Positions 10,323 through 11,621 of a stretch of DNA of 11,621 nt are shown here, one piece after another (within the stretch, counting starts at the first letter, position 1; every line of letters starts with the position of its first letter). The DNA is taken from contig JBHIAV010000068.1 in the NCBI GenBank assembly GCA_046758745.1, positions 1 through 11,621 of the forward strand, read 5' to 3'. A model generated the notes under the pieces. That model did no database searches and was not told where the DNA came from. It saw only the letters and a list, made by a program, of their open reading frames with translations. A program made the position numbers and the translations under genes. Source of the stretch: Gemmatimonadota bacterium (GTDB lineage: Bacteria > Gemmatimonadota > Gemmatimonadetes > Palauibacterales > Palauibacteraceae).

Positions 10323-10404
10323 GGAGGGGTGGCAGAACGGCAATGCACCGGTCTCGAAAACCGGCGCCCTCACGGGCTTGCGGGTTCGAATCCCGCCCCC
10401 TCCG
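10323..10404 (+). tRNA. tRNA-Ser(CGA); probable integration site of the downstream island
   Basis: Acceptor GGAGGGG/CCCCTCC, G73, anticodon arm CCGGT-CT CGA AA-ACCGG, variable arm GCCC-TCAC-GGGC, GGTTCGAATCC. Confidence 0.95.
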
Positions 10405-10662
10405 CTTTGTTCCACAACGAATTACGACGCTTGGCACCTGATCCTCTCGTCCGGCAGGCGCTGGGGTGTTGACCAAAGTGCTGATTCCCAGCTCTGCCTC
10501 GACCGTGTCGAACCAGGGTCCGATGTCTCTGTAGGCCGGATGAAAGCGAGCGTAGACCATTGTTTCCTCGATCCGTGCGTGCCCGAGCTGCTGCTGGATC
10601 AGGGAGAGCGGGGTCCCGACTCGGGCGAGCTGCACGGCGACTGTGTGGCGGAAGTCGTGGCA
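10405..10662 (-). pseudogene. C-terminal remnant of a phage-type tyrosine recombinase/integrase
   Basis: Within ORF 10306..11244(-): HDFRHT (H-x-x-R, His codon 10657-10659), QLGH (His 10579-10581) and TMVYA (catalytic Tyr 10552-10554), at canonical spacing. Upstream in-frame sequence is not integrase-like and no convincing box-I Arg is present. Confidence 0.8.
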
Positions 10663-10796
10663 GTGCTGATCGACAACCTCGCCGTGGCCACGAAGGTTGG
10701 GAACGGGAACACGCGCGGCGAGTTCGAGCCGATCTGGCGGGAGCTGGCGCGGGTGAGCGAGGCCTACCGGAGGACGAGGAGGGCACGCACCCTCCG

Positions 10797-11104
10797 CGTT
10801 GGCTGCCGGGGCGATGCGAAACTCGCCCACCTCCACCCGCCGTCGGCGTGAGGACCATGCGCAAGCGGTTCGGGTGGCCTCGAAGTGCGCAGCCCGGCCG
10901 ACGCCCTGTAGGCTGGGGTCCGACCTTTCGAGCCGGGAAACCGGGCGTACGTTAGGTTGCAATTCCTGCAAGACAAGAGTTCCCCCCTTACCGTGAGGAG
11001 GAGGCGGCGCTTCAGGCCTTCGTCTGGAAACGTGAGACCACGTTAGGCTGCCGGGGATGCAGGGATTGGGGAAGGGGATAGGCAGCCGAAGAAGAGTTAG
11101 CTGC
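10797..11104 (+). repeat. Four dispersed direct repeats GTT(A)G(G)YTGC, resembling integron core sites
   Basis: GTTGGCTGC at 10798, GTTAGGTTGC at 10951, GTTAGGCTGC at 11042 and GTTAGCTGC at 11096, with longer pairwise matches in their flanks. Confidence 0.55.
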
Positions 11105-11133
11105 ACACAAAATCGTTCACTTGGAGTGGTCCA

Positions 11134-11586
11134 ATGTCCAAGCTCTTCCAAATCTTGATCGCATTCGCCGTCGTAGTTGCTGTTCCTCCGAGTGCCCGCG
11201 CTCAGACCGAACTGCTGATCTTCGGTGGGCCTGGGCACGACCAATTCCTTGGCTGCCTCGTATGTAACGAGTTAAGCTCTGAGTCGATATGCAACGGGTT
11301 TGGACCATACGGAAATGAGTTCTCGTCGCGAGGGATGTTCAACGAGTTTGCCGGATTTGGTAATGAGTTTAGCTCGTCCAGTCCATGGAACGAGTTTAGC
11401 AACAGCACGTCTGTGCCCGTCGTGGTTGATCGAGATGGCAACTTCTACGGCTACTTCACAATCAACGACACACGGCCTGACGCCGTCGAGTTTGCGACCG
11501 AGTTAAGGAAGATATACGAATCCGTAGATGGTGACCTCGAGAAGGTTCGAGTGATTCTCTGCAAGAGCCTCGGATACAGTCCCTAG
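11134..11586 (+). CDS. Secreted hypothetical protein with internal N-x-F/G-N-E-F-S repeats
   Basis: GGAG at 11123-11126, signal peptide ending in ARA-Q, LGCLVC motif, repeated NEF units, PVVVDRDGNFYGYFTIN and a terminal Cys. Codon usage differs from the core genes. Confidence 0.85.
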   Translation: MSKLFQILIAFAVVVAVPPSARAQTELLIFGGPGHDQFLGCLVCNELSSESICNGFGPYGNEFSSRGMFNEFAGFGNEFSSSSPWNEFSNSTSVPVVVDRDGNFYGYFTINDTRPDAVEFATELRKIYESVDGDLEKVRVILCKSLGYSP

Positions 11587-11621
11587 CGGTGCTCGACGGA
11601 CGTGCACGCGCGCACTGCTGA

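Larger units (their letters stand above)
10405..11621. mobile_element. Left end of a decayed tRNA-Ser-associated genomic island
   Basis: Begins at the tRNA 3' end and carries an integrase remnant pointing at the tRNA. Sequence is fragmentary, and both GC and GC3 are visibly lower from about 10960 onward. The far att repeat is not in the window. Confidence 0.65.

Noticed and set aside
10797..11104. CRISPR array
   Set aside because: Repeats are only about 10-20 nt, degenerate and irregularly spaced (153, 91 and 54 nt), and no cas genes are present.
10306..11244. Intact 312-aa integrase
   Set aside because: Only about 40-80 C-terminal residues are recombinase-like. The N-terminal part overlaps another gene antisense and lacks the box-I motif.

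Overview
High-GC bacterial chromosomal window. Positions 1-9740 are core-type genes: a family-5 uracil-DNA glycosylase, a SAM methyltransferase translationally coupled to a GNAT acetyltransferase, nadA divergent from a ligA-polX(PHP) pair, and a saccharopine-dehydrogenase-family gene divergent from a long GntR regulator (PlmA-like by eye) with an overlapping 96-aa ORF. Positions 9797-10404 hold a sigma70-type promoter, tRNA-Gln(CUG), a terminator-like hairpin and three tandem tRNA-Ser genes (GCU, GGA, CGA). Directly after tRNA-Ser(CGA) an accessory, decayed island begins. It contains a C-terminal tyrosine-recombinase remnant whose frame runs antisense through the tRNA, four GTT(A)G(G)YTGC sites resembling integron core sites (one pair of inverted repeats encloses a G-quadruplex motif), and a secreted repeat protein of unknown function. 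All family calls come from motif recognition by eye; no searches were run.
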